Of a stretch of DNA of 32,000 nt, positions 17,360 through 28,860 are shown in pieces. Source of the stretch: Mycolicibacterium smegmatis. GTDB lineage: Bacteria; Actinomycetota; Actinomycetes; Mycobacteriales; Mycobacteriaceae. The translations under genes and the position numbers were made by a program. Position 1 is the first letter of the stretch; the number at the start of each line of letters is the position of its first letter. The notes under the pieces are model-generated. The model had not been told where the DNA came from, ran no database searches, and saw only the letters and a program-made list of their open reading frames with translations. Where the stretch lies: the NCBI RefSeq assembly GCF_001457595.1, contig NZ_LN831039.1:5160001-5192000 (forward strand), written 5' to 3'.

Positions 17360-18427
17360 ATGGCGAAGTTCCGGGCGACCCGTGCCTACCCCAACGCCGA
17401 CATCCACGCCCCGGTGGCACACGCGATGGTCGACTGCGGTGTCTACTGCGACGGAACCCGCCTGCCCGGCAAGTACACTCACGCAGCCGCGGTGGACAAG
17501 GTGCGCGAATTGCAGTCCGCGGGCAAGAAGGCATTCGTGTGGATCGGCCTGCACGAGCCCGACGAGTTCCAGATGCAGTCCGTGGCAGACGTTTTCAGTC
17601 TGCACGAACTCGCCGTCGAGGACGCGGTGCACGCGCACCAACGGCCCAAGCTCGAACGCTACGACACCACACTCTTCCTGGTGCTCAAGACCATCAACTA
17701 CGTCGAGCACGATTCGATGGAGAACGCCAGGGAGATCGTCGAGACGGGTGAGATCATGGTGTTCGTCGGACCGGAGTTCGTCGTCACCGTGCGGCACGGC
17801 GACCACAGCGGCCTCGCGGGCGTGCGCAAACGCCTCGATTCCTCGCCGTCGATCCTCAAGCTCGGACCGTTCGCGGTCATGCACGCGATCGCCGACCACG
17901 TGGTGGACAGCTACCTCGATGTCACCGATCTCATCGAGACCGACATCGACGCCATGGAAGAGGACGTCTTCTCGCCGCGCAGCCGGTCCGGCATCGAGTA
18001 CATCTACCTGCTCAAGCGCGAGGTCGTGGAGATGCGCCGCGCGGTCGCCCCGCTGACCCAGGCCCTGTCGCGGCTGCTCACCGACCACAACGACCTCATC
18101 TCGGTCGAGGTGCGCCGCTACATGCGCGACGTGCTCGACCACAACGTGATCGCGTCCGAGCGGGTCGCGAGCTACGACGAGATGCTCAGCTCACTCGTAC
18201 AGGCCGCGCTCGGCAAGATCGCGGTGCAGCAGAACGTGGACATGCGCAAGATCTCGGCGTGGGTCGCGATCGCCGCGGTGCCGACCGCGCTCGCGGGCAT
18301 CTACGGCATGAACTTCGACAACATGCCCGAATTACATTGGGCGTGGGGCTATCCCGCCGTGCTGTGCGTGATGGCCGTGGTGTGTTTCGTGCTGTACCGC
18401 ACGTTCCGGCGCAACAACTGGCTCTAG
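17360..18427 (+). CDS. corA: CorA family magnesium/cobalt transporter
   Basis: 355 aa; C-terminal YGMNFDNMPELHWAWGYPAVLCVMAVVCFVLY (GMN motif, two TM segments). Confidence 0.95.
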   Translation: MAKFRATRAYPNADIHAPVAHAMVDCGVYCDGTRLPGKYTHAAAVDKVRELQSAGKKAFVWIGLHEPDEFQMQSVADVFSLHELAVEDAVHAHQRPKLERYDTTLFLVLKTINYVEHDSMENAREIVETGEIMVFVGPEFVVTVRHGDHSGLAGVRKRLDSSPSILKLGPFAVMHAIADHVVDSYLDVTDLIETDIDAMEEDVFSPRSRSGIEYIYLLKREVVEMRRAVAPLTQALSRLLTDHNDLISVEVRRYMRDVLDHNVIASERVASYDEMLSSLVQAALGKIAVQQNVDMRKISAWVAIAAVPTALAGIYGMNFDNMPELHWAWGYPAVLCVMAVVCFVLYRTFRRNNWL

Positions 18428-18431
18428 AGCC

Positions 18432-19037
18432 TCAGGAGGGACTGGCCGCGCGCCGTGCCGGGTCGAGCACGTCGACCCCGTCGGTCTGCCACGCCTCGCG
18501 CATCGCGTCGGCACCCTTGAGCCGCACCCACGCCGCCTCGGTCGCGGTGATGGGTGTTGCGGTCAGAAGTTTCACGGGCGAGAGCGGATCCGGCAGGGTC
18601 ACCTCGCCGATGTCGCTGAGGCCCAACAGATATGCCGTGAAGGGCGCGGTCTCGAACACCGGGTTTTCCAGGTCGATCAGCGCGTCGGCGTCGAGGATCA
18701 GGCCCTCGACCGCCGGTGCGGCCGCGACCACCGCGAGCGAGCGTGCGAGACCTGTCGGCGTCGGACCGCGCAGCGACAGCATCACCTCTGCGCGCGGACC
18801 GTGGATCGGATCCGACACCAACTCGGTCGGGTCGAACATCGGGTGCCGCGAACAGCCAAGCGTCACATAGTGGTACACATCGGCACCCTCGGTGCGCGGG
18901 TCCGGCCCGTAGCGCAGGACGTCGATGCGCTCGGTCCCGAGGAACGTCACGCTCGCGCTCACCGGCTCAGCGGTGATCCCCGCCGCCGTGAAATATTCGT
19001 CCAGGCGGGCCCTGACGGCAGCCAGGACGTCGATCAC
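18432..19037 (-). CDS. Suppressor-of-fused (SUFU) domain protein
   Basis: 201 aa; [83 protein letters not shown] resemble bacterial SUFU-domain proteins; start overlaps the sugC stop by 4 nt. Confidence 0.7.
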   Translation of the reverse strand: MIDVLAAVRARLDEYFTAAGITAEPVSASVTFLGTERIDVLRYGPDPRTEGADVYHYVTLGCSRHPMFDPTELVSDPIHGPRAEVMLSLRGPTPTGLARSLAVVAAAPAVEGLILDADALIDLENPVFETAPFTAYLLGLSDIGEVTLPDPLSPVKLLTATPITATEAAWVRLKGADAMREAWQTDGVDVLDPARRAASPS

Positions 19038-20254
19038 CCGGCGTCCGGCCCCGCCGCTTCGGTGGGATCCGTCGGCGTGATGTCACGGGTCAGGTTCAGA
19101 CCCGTTGCGGCGTCGAAGATCGACAGCTTGGTGGTGTCGATGGCCAGTTCGATCTGCTCACCCGTGCGCACCCGCGAGTCCGCGGACACCCGGGCGATGA
19201 ACTGGTTGGTGCCGGCACCCGAATCCGCTGCGAGTTCGGCCAATTGGGCCGATTCGGCACCGGCACCCTCGGTGGTGAAGTGCACGTACTTGTCGGCACC
19301 GAGCGATTCGACGATGTCGGCACGCACCGAGAACGTCAGCGCGCGGATGCGCGCGTAGCCGTCGAGCAGCGCGGAGTCCTCGATGTGCTCGGGCCGGATT
19401 CCGACGATGATGTTCTCGGGCCGGGCCTGCTTGTCCAGCAGGTCGAGCATGTGCGGGGTCAGCGTCACCTCGCCGAACGGCAGGCGCACACCGACATCGG
19501 TACGCGTCGCCGGGAAGAAGTTCATCGCGGGCGAACCGATGAAGCCGGCCACGAACAGGTTGGCGGGGCTGCTGTAGAGCTCGTCGGGCGTGCCGATCTG
19601 CTGCACCTCACCGGAGAGCATCACCACCACGCGGTCGCCCAGCGTCATCGCCTCGGTCTGGTCGTGCGTGACGTAGACCGTGGTGGTGCCCAGGCGATCC
19701 TGCAGCCGCGAGATCTCCGCGCGCATCTGCACGCGCAGCTTGGCGTCGAGGTTGCTCAGCGGCTCGTCCATGAGGAATGCCTTGGGGCTGCGCACGATTG
19801 CGCGTCCCATCGCCACACGCTGACGCTGGCCACCCGAGAGCTGACCGGGTTTGCGGTCGAGCAGTTCGCTGAGATCGAGGATCTTCGCGGTCTCCTCGAC
19901 CTTGGTGGCGATCTCAGCCTTGGGCACCTTGGCCAGCGTGAGCGGGAACGCGATGTTCTGCCGCACCGTCATGTGCGGGTAGAGCGCGTAGGACTGGAAC
20001 ACCATCGCGATGTCACGGTCCTTGGGCGCCTTCTCGTTGACGCGTTCGCCGCCGATGCGCAGCTCACCGGAGGTGATCTCCTCCAGACCGGCAATCATGT
20101 TGAGCGTGGTCGACTTTCCGCATCCGGACGGTCCGACCAGGATGATGAACTCGCCGTCGGCGATCGTCATCGAGAACTCTTTGACGGCCGCCCTGACACC
20201 GCCTGCGCCGTCGGGGTAACTCTTGGTCACCCGATCCAACACAATTTCGGCCAT
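19034..20254 (-). CDS. sugC: Trehalose ABC importer ATP-binding protein SugC
   Basis: 406 aa; Walker [10 protein letters not shown], signature [17 protein letters not shown], Walker [30 protein letters not shown]; MalK-type C-terminal regulatory region; in the sugCBA-lpqY cluster. Confidence 0.96.
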   Translation of the reverse strand: MAEIVLDRVTKSYPDGAGGVRAAVKEFSMTIADGEFIILVGPSGCGKSTTLNMIAGLEEITSGELRIGGERVNEKAPKDRDIAMVFQSYALYPHMTVRQNIAFPLTLAKVPKAEIATKVEETAKILDLSELLDRKPGQLSGGQRQRVAMGRAIVRSPKAFLMDEPLSNLDAKLRVQMRAEISRLQDRLGTTTVYVTHDQTEAMTLGDRVVVMLSGEVQQIGTPDELYSSPANLFVAGFIGSPAMNFFPATRTDVGVRLPFGEVTLTPHMLDLLDKQARPENIIVGIRPEHIEDSALLDGYARIRALTFSVRADIVESLGADKYVHFTTEGAGAESAQLAELAADSGAGTNQFIARVSADSRVRTGEQIELAIDTTKLSIFDAATGLNLTRDITPTDPTEAAGPDAG

Positions 20255-20258
20255 CCAA

Positions 20259-21094
20259 TTACCCCTTTACCGCACCGGATGTCAGGCCAGCGACGATGCG
20301 CCGCTGGAAGATCAGAACAAAGATGATGATCGGGATCGTGATGACCATCGCGCCTGCCGCGATGGATCCTGTCGGCTCCTCGAACTGCGAGCTGCCCGTG
20401 AAGTTCGCGATCGCCACGGGCGCGGTGATCGCCCGCTGGGTCGCGGTGAGCGACAACGCCAGCAGCAGGTCGTTCCACGCGAAGATGAACACCAGGATCG
20501 CGGCCGTGACGATGCCGGGGGCCGCCAGCGGCGCGATGACCTTGCGGAACGCCTGTGCGGGCGTGGCCCCGTCCATCTTCGCGGCCTTCTCCAGATCCCA
20601 AGGGATCTCACGGAAGAACGCCGAGAGCGTGTAGATCGCCAGCGGCAGCGCGAACGTGATGTACGGGATGATCAGGCCGGGCCACGTATCGAACAGCCCG
20701 ATGCCGCGCCACATGTTGAAGATCGGTGTGACCAGCGAGATGTGCGGGAACATCGCGATGAGCAGCGCGACGCCGATCAGCAGTTGCTTGCCCGGGAACT
20801 GCAGGCGCGCCACGGCGTACGCCGCCATACCGCCGATGACGACCGCGATGATCGTGGTGATCAACCCGATGCCGATCGAGTTGAACAGTGCCGAGGTGAA
20901 CGCGTCACCCGAGAAGATCGCCTTGTAGTTCGCGAACGTGATCTCCGACGGAATCAGCTTGCCGTCCTTGACGCTCGACGTCGGCTTGAGCGACAGGCTG
21001 AGGATCCACAGCACCGGGATCAGCGCATAGACGATCACCAGGACGTTGACGACGCTCCACCACGTTGCCCGCCGGGCATCCACCCGATCGGCCA

Positions 21095-21095
<1 letters not shown>
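20259..21095 (-). CDS. sugB: Trehalose ABC importer permease SugB
   Basis: 278 aa; MalG-type EAA motif [32 protein letters not shown]. Confidence 0.95.
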
Positions 21096-24083
<2,988 letters not shown>

Positions 24084-24151
24084 CTATCTCACTCTCCATC
24101 TGTGCCGTCCGTGCCCAGGGCGGCCGGTTGACTGTGCGCTAGGTTGAAAGC

Positions 24152-24601
24152 ATGACAAACCCGGACGGCCCAGCGGGCGGAACGCCGCCATCCGGATCGG
24201 GCGAACCTCCCGCCTACCAGCCCGGATACCCGCCGGCGCAGCCGGATCCGTTTGCGCCGGTGGACTATCCCTACTCTCCCCCACCCGCCGCGTTTCCGCC
24301 GCCCTACCCGCCGCCGCAGCCCGGATTCTCCTACGCGCCGTTCGATCCGTACGGCAGGCCGCCCGGCACCAACGGGCTCGCGATCGCGTCGCTGGTGTGC
24401 TCGCTGGCGGGAATGTTGTGCTGCCTGCCCGGCCTCGCCGGGCTGGTCCTCGGCATCCTCGGGATGCGCGAGACCCGCCGCACCGGTCAGGACGGCTACG
24501 GGATCGCCGTGGCGGGCACCGTGATCGGTGCCTTCGTCACCGTGGGCATCGCGTTGTACTTCGTCCTGCTCCTCATCGGCGCGGCCGTCGCGCCCAACTG
24601 A
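24152..24601 (+). CDS. Proline/tyrosine-rich DUF4190-like membrane protein (Rv1233c-like)
   Basis: 149 aa; Pro/Tyr-rich N-terminus, then NGLAIASLVCSLAGMLCCLPGLAGLVLGILGMRETRRTGQDGYGIAVAGTVIGA. Confidence 0.8.
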   Translation: MTNPDGPAGGTPPSGSGEPPAYQPGYPPAQPDPFAPVDYPYSPPPAAFPPPYPPPQPGFSYAPFDPYGRPPGTNGLAIASLVCSLAGMLCCLPGLAGLVLGILGMRETRRTGQDGYGIAVAGTVIGAFVTVGIALYFVLLLIGAAVAPN

Positions 24602-24619
24602 GCGCCGGACCGAGCCCGC

Positions 24620-25576
24620 TCAGGCCGGCGGGCGGAACCGCTCGCCGGTGCGCGAGAGCCCGGCCGCGCGCCCCTTGGCGGCGATCACCAGCGCCATCTT
24701 GCGGCTGGCCTCGTCGATCATCTCGTCGCCGAGCATGACCGCGCCCCTGGCGCCGCCTGCCTGCGAGGTGTGCCACTCGTAGGCCTCGAGGATCAGTTCG
24801 GCGTGGTCGTAGTCTTTCTGGCGCGGCGCGAAGATCTCGTTGCCCGCCGCGATCTGATCGGGATGCAGCACCCACTTGCCGTCGTAGCCCAACGCCGCCG
24901 AACGCGCCGCGACGCGGCGGAACCCTTCGACGTCGCGCACCTTCACGTACGGACCGTCGATCGCGTTGATGCCGTGCGCGCGTGCGGCGATCAGAATCCG
25001 CATCAGCACGTGGTGGTGTGCGTCGCCGATGTCGTAACCGTCGGGCTGGCCGCCGACCTCGAGCGTGCGCATCCGCAGGCTCGCCGCCATGTCACCCGGG
25101 CCGAGCACCAGCGCCTGCACCCGCGGGCCCGCCGCGATGGCCTCGACGTTGGTCAGACCGAGGGCATCCTCGATCTGCGGTTCGATGCCGATGCGGCCGA
25201 CAGGCAGGCCGTGGGTCTGCTCCAACTGCGTCAGCAGCAGATCGAGCGCGTGCACGTGCGACACGTCGGTCACCTTGGGCAGCACGATCAGGTCGAGATG
25301 CGCACCGGCCGTGGAGACCACCTCGATGACGTCGGAGTACGTCCACGGCGTGGTCCAGTCGTTGACCCGCACGCCGCGCAACTGCCCGGCCCACCCGTCC
25401 TCGGCGAGCGCCACCGCGACCTGCGTGCGCGCCTGCGCCTTGGCGTCGGCCGCGACCGCGTCTTCGAGGTCGAGGAAGACCTGATCCGCAGGCAGGGTCT
25501 TCGCCTTTTCGATCATCTTCGCGCTGCTTCCCGGAACCGAGAGGCAGGTTCTACGGGGCCGATACGTGTTCTCCAC
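24620..25576 (-). CDS. HpcH/HpaI aldolase / CitE-like citrate (acyl-CoA) lyase family protein
   Basis: Track ORF 24620..25603; the likely start is GTG at 25576 (VENTYRPRRTCLSVPGSSAKM). ADQVFLDLEDAVAADAK, LDLIVLPKVTD, IGIEPQIEDALGLTNVEAIA, ALVLGPGDMAASL, YDGKWVLHPDQI. Confidence 0.88.
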   Translation of the reverse strand: MENTYRPRRTCLSVPGSSAKMIEKAKTLPADQVFLDLEDAVAADAKAQARTQVAVALAEDGWAGQLRGVRVNDWTTPWTYSDVIEVVSTAGAHLDLIVLPKVTDVSHVHALDLLLTQLEQTHGLPVGRIGIEPQIEDALGLTNVEAIAAGPRVQALVLGPGDMAASLRMRTLEVGGQPDGYDIGDAHHHVLMRILIAARAHGINAIDGPYVKVRDVEGFRRVAARSAALGYDGKWVLHPDQIAAGNEIFAPRQKDYDHAELILEAYEWHTSQAGGARGAVMLGDEMIDEASRKMALVIAAKGRAAGLSRTGERFRPPA

Positions 25577-25601
25577 GCCCACAGTCTCTACCCTTTGACT
25601 C

Positions 25602-26888
25602 ATGGCGGCGGTGAACAGGGTCTACGCGGCCCGGCTTGCGGGGTTGGTGGTTCTCGGCCCCGACGGCGAATCCATCGGCCGTGTACGCGATGTGGTGATC
25701 AGCATCAGTATCGTCCGCCAGCAGCCGAGGGTCATCGGCCTGGTCGTCGAATTGCTCACCCGCAGAAGGATTTTCGTACCGATCCTGCGCGTCACCGCGA
25801 TCGAGCCGGGTGCGGTCACACTCGCGACGGGCAGTGTTTCGCTGCGCAAGTTCGTCCAGCGGCCCGGTGAGGTGCTGGTGCTGGGCCAGGTGCTGGAGAC
25901 GCGCGTGCGCGTGGAGGATCCGGACCTGCCCGAGCTCGCCGGGGTGGACGTCGTGGTGGTCGACCTGGGCATCGAGCAGACCCGGACACGCGATTGGGTG
26001 GTGACGCGCTTCGCGGTGCGCCAGCAGCGCAGGCTCGGCCGACGCAGCAACGTGTACGTCGTCGAATGGCAGAACGTGCACGGCCTCACGCCGTCGGGTC
26101 TCGCCATGCCCGATCAGGGCGTCGCCTCGCTGCTGGAGCAGTTCGAGGGACAGCGCCCCGTCGAGGTCGCCGAGGCGTTGCGCGAGCTCCCGCCCAAACG
26201 GCGCTACGAGCTGTTCCGCGCCTTCGACGACGACCGGCTCGCCGACGTGCTCGCGGAGCTTCCCGAGGATGAGCAGGCCGACGTGCTGCGCGGGCTCAAC
26301 ACCGAACGTGCCGCGCTCGTGCTTGAGGCCATGGACCCCGACGACGCGGCCGACCTGCTGGGCGCGATGACGCCCGCCGATGCCGAGGTGCTGCTGGGCC
26401 GGATGGACCCCGAGGACTCCGAGGACGTGCGACGGCTGCTGGCCCACTCCCCCGACACCGCGGGCGGTCTGATGACCTCCGAGCCCGTGGTCCTCGCTCC
26501 CGACACCACGGTCGCCGAGGCGCTCGCGCGTGTGCGCGACCCCGACCTCACACCCGCACTGGCGTCGCTCGCCTTCGTCGCGCGCCCGCCGACCGCGACG
26601 CCCACGGGGCACTACCTGGGCTGCGTACACCTGCAACGCCTGCTGCGCGAACCGCCGGCCACGCTGGTCAGCGGCATCGTCGACAACGATCTGCCCACGC
26701 TGAGCCCCGAGGACTCCCTCGCCGCGGTGACCCGCTACTTCGCGGCGTACAACCTGGTGTGCGGGCCTGTCGTCGATTCGCAGAACCACCTGGTGGGCGC
26801 GGTCTCGGTCGATGACGTGCTCGATCACCTGCTACCGGACGACTGGCGCGAGACCGACGAACCCGAACTCCGGGTGAGCGGCTCATGA
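25602..26888 (+). CDS. PRC-barrel-like / MgtE_N / CBS domain protein without an MgtE membrane domain (Rv1232c-like)
   Basis: 428 aa; GPDGESIGRVRDVVISISIVRQQPRVIGLVVEL (PRC-like), KRRYELFRAFDDDRLADVLAELPEDEQADVLRGL and LEAMDPDDAADLLGAMTPADAEVLLGRMDPEDSEDVRRLL (MgtE_N helical repeats), CBS region to GAVSVDDVLDHLLPDDWRE; no TM segments. Confidence 0.88.
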   Translation: MAAVNRVYAARLAGLVVLGPDGESIGRVRDVVISISIVRQQPRVIGLVVELLTRRRIFVPILRVTAIEPGAVTLATGSVSLRKFVQRPGEVLVLGQVLETRVRVEDPDLPELAGVDVVVVDLGIEQTRTRDWVVTRFAVRQQRRLGRRSNVYVVEWQNVHGLTPSGLAMPDQGVASLLEQFEGQRPVEVAEALRELPPKRRYELFRAFDDDRLADVLAELPEDEQADVLRGLNTERAALVLEAMDPDDAADLLGAMTPADAEVLLGRMDPEDSEDVRRLLAHSPDTAGGLMTSEPVVLAPDTTVAEALARVRDPDLTPALASLAFVARPPTATPTGHYLGCVHLQRLLREPPATLVSGIVDNDLPTLSPEDSLAAVTRYFAAYNLVCGPVVDSQNHLVGAVSVDDVLDHLLPDDWRETDEPELRVSGS

Positions 26889-27433
26889 GCGAGCCCACAT
26901 CACGCCAGCGGCTGGACACCCCCCGCGTATGGCGTGGCCCTCGCCTGCAGGTCGACGTCGAGGCCGTCGGCCGGGTCAGCGAGTCGATCGCGCGGTTCCT
27001 CGGCACCGGACGGTATCTGGCGATCCAGACGATCTTCGTGGTGGTCTGGATCGCGCTCAACCTGTTCGCCGTCGGCTACGAGTGGGACCCGTACCCGTTC
27101 ATCCTGCTCAACCTGGCGTTCTCGACGCAGGCCGCGTACGCCGCACCGCTGATCCTGCTGGCGCAGAACCGTCAGGAGAACCGCGACCGCGTCTCACTCG
27201 AAGAGGACCGTCGCCGGGCCGAGCAGACCAAGGCCGACACCGAGTTCCTGGCCCGTGAGCTCGCGTCGCTGCGCCTGGCGATCGGCGAGGTCGCGACGCG
27301 CGATTACCTGCGGCGTGAGCTTGAGGAGATCCGCGACATGATCAGCGAACTGCAGCAACCCCCGCCGACCACCGATCGGGCCGGCTCAGGCAAAGGCGAC
27401 GGCGGCGAGCGCCGGTCCAAACGCGGTGGCTGA
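26885..27433 (+). CDS. DUF1003-family membrane protein (Rv1231c-like)
   Basis: 182 aa; RLDTPRVWR..., SESIARFLGTGRYLAIQTIFVVVWIALNLFAVGYEWDPYPFILLNLAFSTQAAYAAPLILLAQNRQENRDR is a textbook DUF1003 core. Confidence 0.9.
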   Translation: MSEPTSRQRLDTPRVWRGPRLQVDVEAVGRVSESIARFLGTGRYLAIQTIFVVVWIALNLFAVGYEWDPYPFILLNLAFSTQAAYAAPLILLAQNRQENRDRVSLEEDRRRAEQTKADTEFLARELASLRLAIGEVATRDYLRRELEEIRDMISELQQPPPTTDRAGSGKGDGGERRSKRGG

Positions 27434-27491
27434 GCCCGTCGCTCCGAAATGACCACCCCATTGTCGCAACAGGAGAACCTGTACTAGGTAT

Positions 27492-27507
27492 GGTGACTTG
27501 GTTCACA
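27492..27507. promoter_or_regulatory. CRP-like binding site upstream of the transglycosylase-like gene
   Basis: GGTGACTTGGTTCACA matches TGTGA-N6-TCACA at 9 of 10 conserved positions; 40 nt upstream of the GTG at 27548. Confidence 0.6.
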
Positions 27508-27547
27508 AACGACGGTTGTCAGACTGAGCGGACCTAAGGACGGTTAA

Positions 27548-28849
27548 GTGCGCATAGGGGGAGGTGCGGCCATCCAGGCCGCTCGACACCGTGCGGGCCG
27601 GTTCATGCGCACCCCGATGGTCGGTGCCGCGGCCCTGGCCCCGCTGATCCTCGCCGGTGCCGTCGGCGCCTCCGCCCCGCCGCACCACGGCAGCAGCGAC
27701 GCCGCGGTGACACCGCTGGCCGCCGTCCAACCTCAGATCGACCACGACGGTCCGGCGGTGGTGGCAGCGGCCAAGGCGCCCACCAAGTTCCACATCGCCA
27801 CCACCACTGCGGTGTCCGCTCCGCCACCCGCGGTCGTCGTCAACAGCCCAGGGGCGCTTGGCATCCCGGGTATGGCACTCAACGCCTACCGCAACGCCGA
27901 GCGCATGATGGCCGCGGCCTACCCGGGCTGCGGCGTGAGCTGGAACCTGCTGGCCGGTATCGGTCGCATCGAGTCCATGCACGCCAACGGCGGGCAGACC
28001 GACGCACGCGGCACCGCGGTGCGTCCCATCTACGGCCCCGCACTCGACGGCACGCTGCCCGGCAACGAGATCATCGTGCAGAGCGCCCAGGCCGGCCGCG
28101 TCACGTACGCACGCGCCATGGGCCCCATGCAGTTCCTGCCCGGCACATGGGCGCGGTACGCCTCCGACGGTGACGGCGACGGCAAGGCCGACGTGCAGAA
28201 CCTCTTCGACGCCTCACTGGCAGCCGCGCGCTACCTGTGCAGCGGTGGACTGAACCTGCGGGACCAGTCGCAGGTGATGACCGCGATCCTGCGGTACAAC
28301 AACTCGATCGCCTACGCGCGCAACGTCCTCGGCTGGGCCGCGGCGTACGCGACGGGTGTGGTGCCCGTCGATCTGCCGCCTATCACGGGCGAGATCCCCG
28401 CGCTCGGCGACAGCCATCTGGAACGCAAAGAGGGTCTCGGCCCCGGGCTGCCCGTCAACGCGCTCGGCCTGCCGCCCGACGATCCGCTTGCACTGATCCC
28501 GGTGCTGGACAGCAATGTGACGGCCACGCGCGTGCCCGCGGCCAACCTGGGCTTCGCGCCCAACCAGGTCCTCGGCCCGCTGCCCGGACCCGCCGAGGCC
28601 GTGCCCACCGCGCCCGCCGCGCCGCCCGAACCCCCGCGCTGGATCCCGCCGTGGGAGCAGCCGCCGCGTCAGCCCGAGTGCGTCGTGTTCTGCCTCGGTG
28701 AGCAGGCACCGCCCGCACCGGCACCGGGTCCCCCACCCGCAGCGCCCACACCCGGTCCCGCGCCGGGCCCGGCACCTGGTCCCGCACCGGGTCCCGCACC
28801 CGCGCCGGTCCTGGGACCGGCCCCCGGTCCTGCCCCCGAGTCGCCGTAG
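27548..28849 (+). CDS. Secreted lytic murein transglycosylase-like protein (Rv1230c-like)
   Basis: 433 aa; N-terminal hydrophobic segment, SLT-like core (YRNAERMMAAAYPGCGVSWNLLAGIGRIESMHANGG, RAMGPMQFLPGTWARYASDGDGDGKADVQNLFDASLAAARYLC, AILRYNNSIAYARNVLGWAAAY), Pro-rich C-terminus. Confidence 0.88.
   Translation: MRIGGGAAIQAARHRAGRFMRTPMVGAAALAPLILAGAVGASAPPHHGSSDAAVTPLAAVQPQIDHDGPAVVAAAKAPTKFHIATTTAVSAPPPAVVVNSPGALGIPGMALNAYRNAERMMAAAYPGCGVSWNLLAGIGRIESMHANGGQTDARGTAVRPIYGPALDGTLPGNEIIVQSAQAGRVTYARAMGPMQFLPGTWARYASDGDGDGKADVQNLFDASLAAARYLCSGGLNLRDQSQVMTAILRYNNSIAYARNVLGWAAAYATGVVPVDLPPITGEIPALGDSHLERKEGLGPGLPVNALGLPPDDPLALIPVLDSNVTATRVPAANLGFAPNQVLGPLPGPAEAVPTAPAAPPEPPRWIPPWEQPPRQPECVVFCLGEQAPPAPAPGPPPAAPTPGPAPGPAPGPAPGPAPAPVLGPAPGPAPESP
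28708..28840 (+). repeat. Pro/Ala/Gly-coding low-complexity tandem repeat at the 3' end of the transglycosylase-like gene
   Basis: Repeated ccgggtcccgcacc/cccggtcccgcg units encoding PAPAPGPPPAAPTPGPAPGPAPGPAPGPAPAPVLGPAPGPAPESP. Confidence 0.85.
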
Positions 28850-28860
28850 ACTCGGCGGTG

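Noticed and set aside
25551-26828. 425-aa minus-strand ORF opposite the MgtE_N/CBS gene
   Set aside because: High-GC antisense artefact; no motifs.
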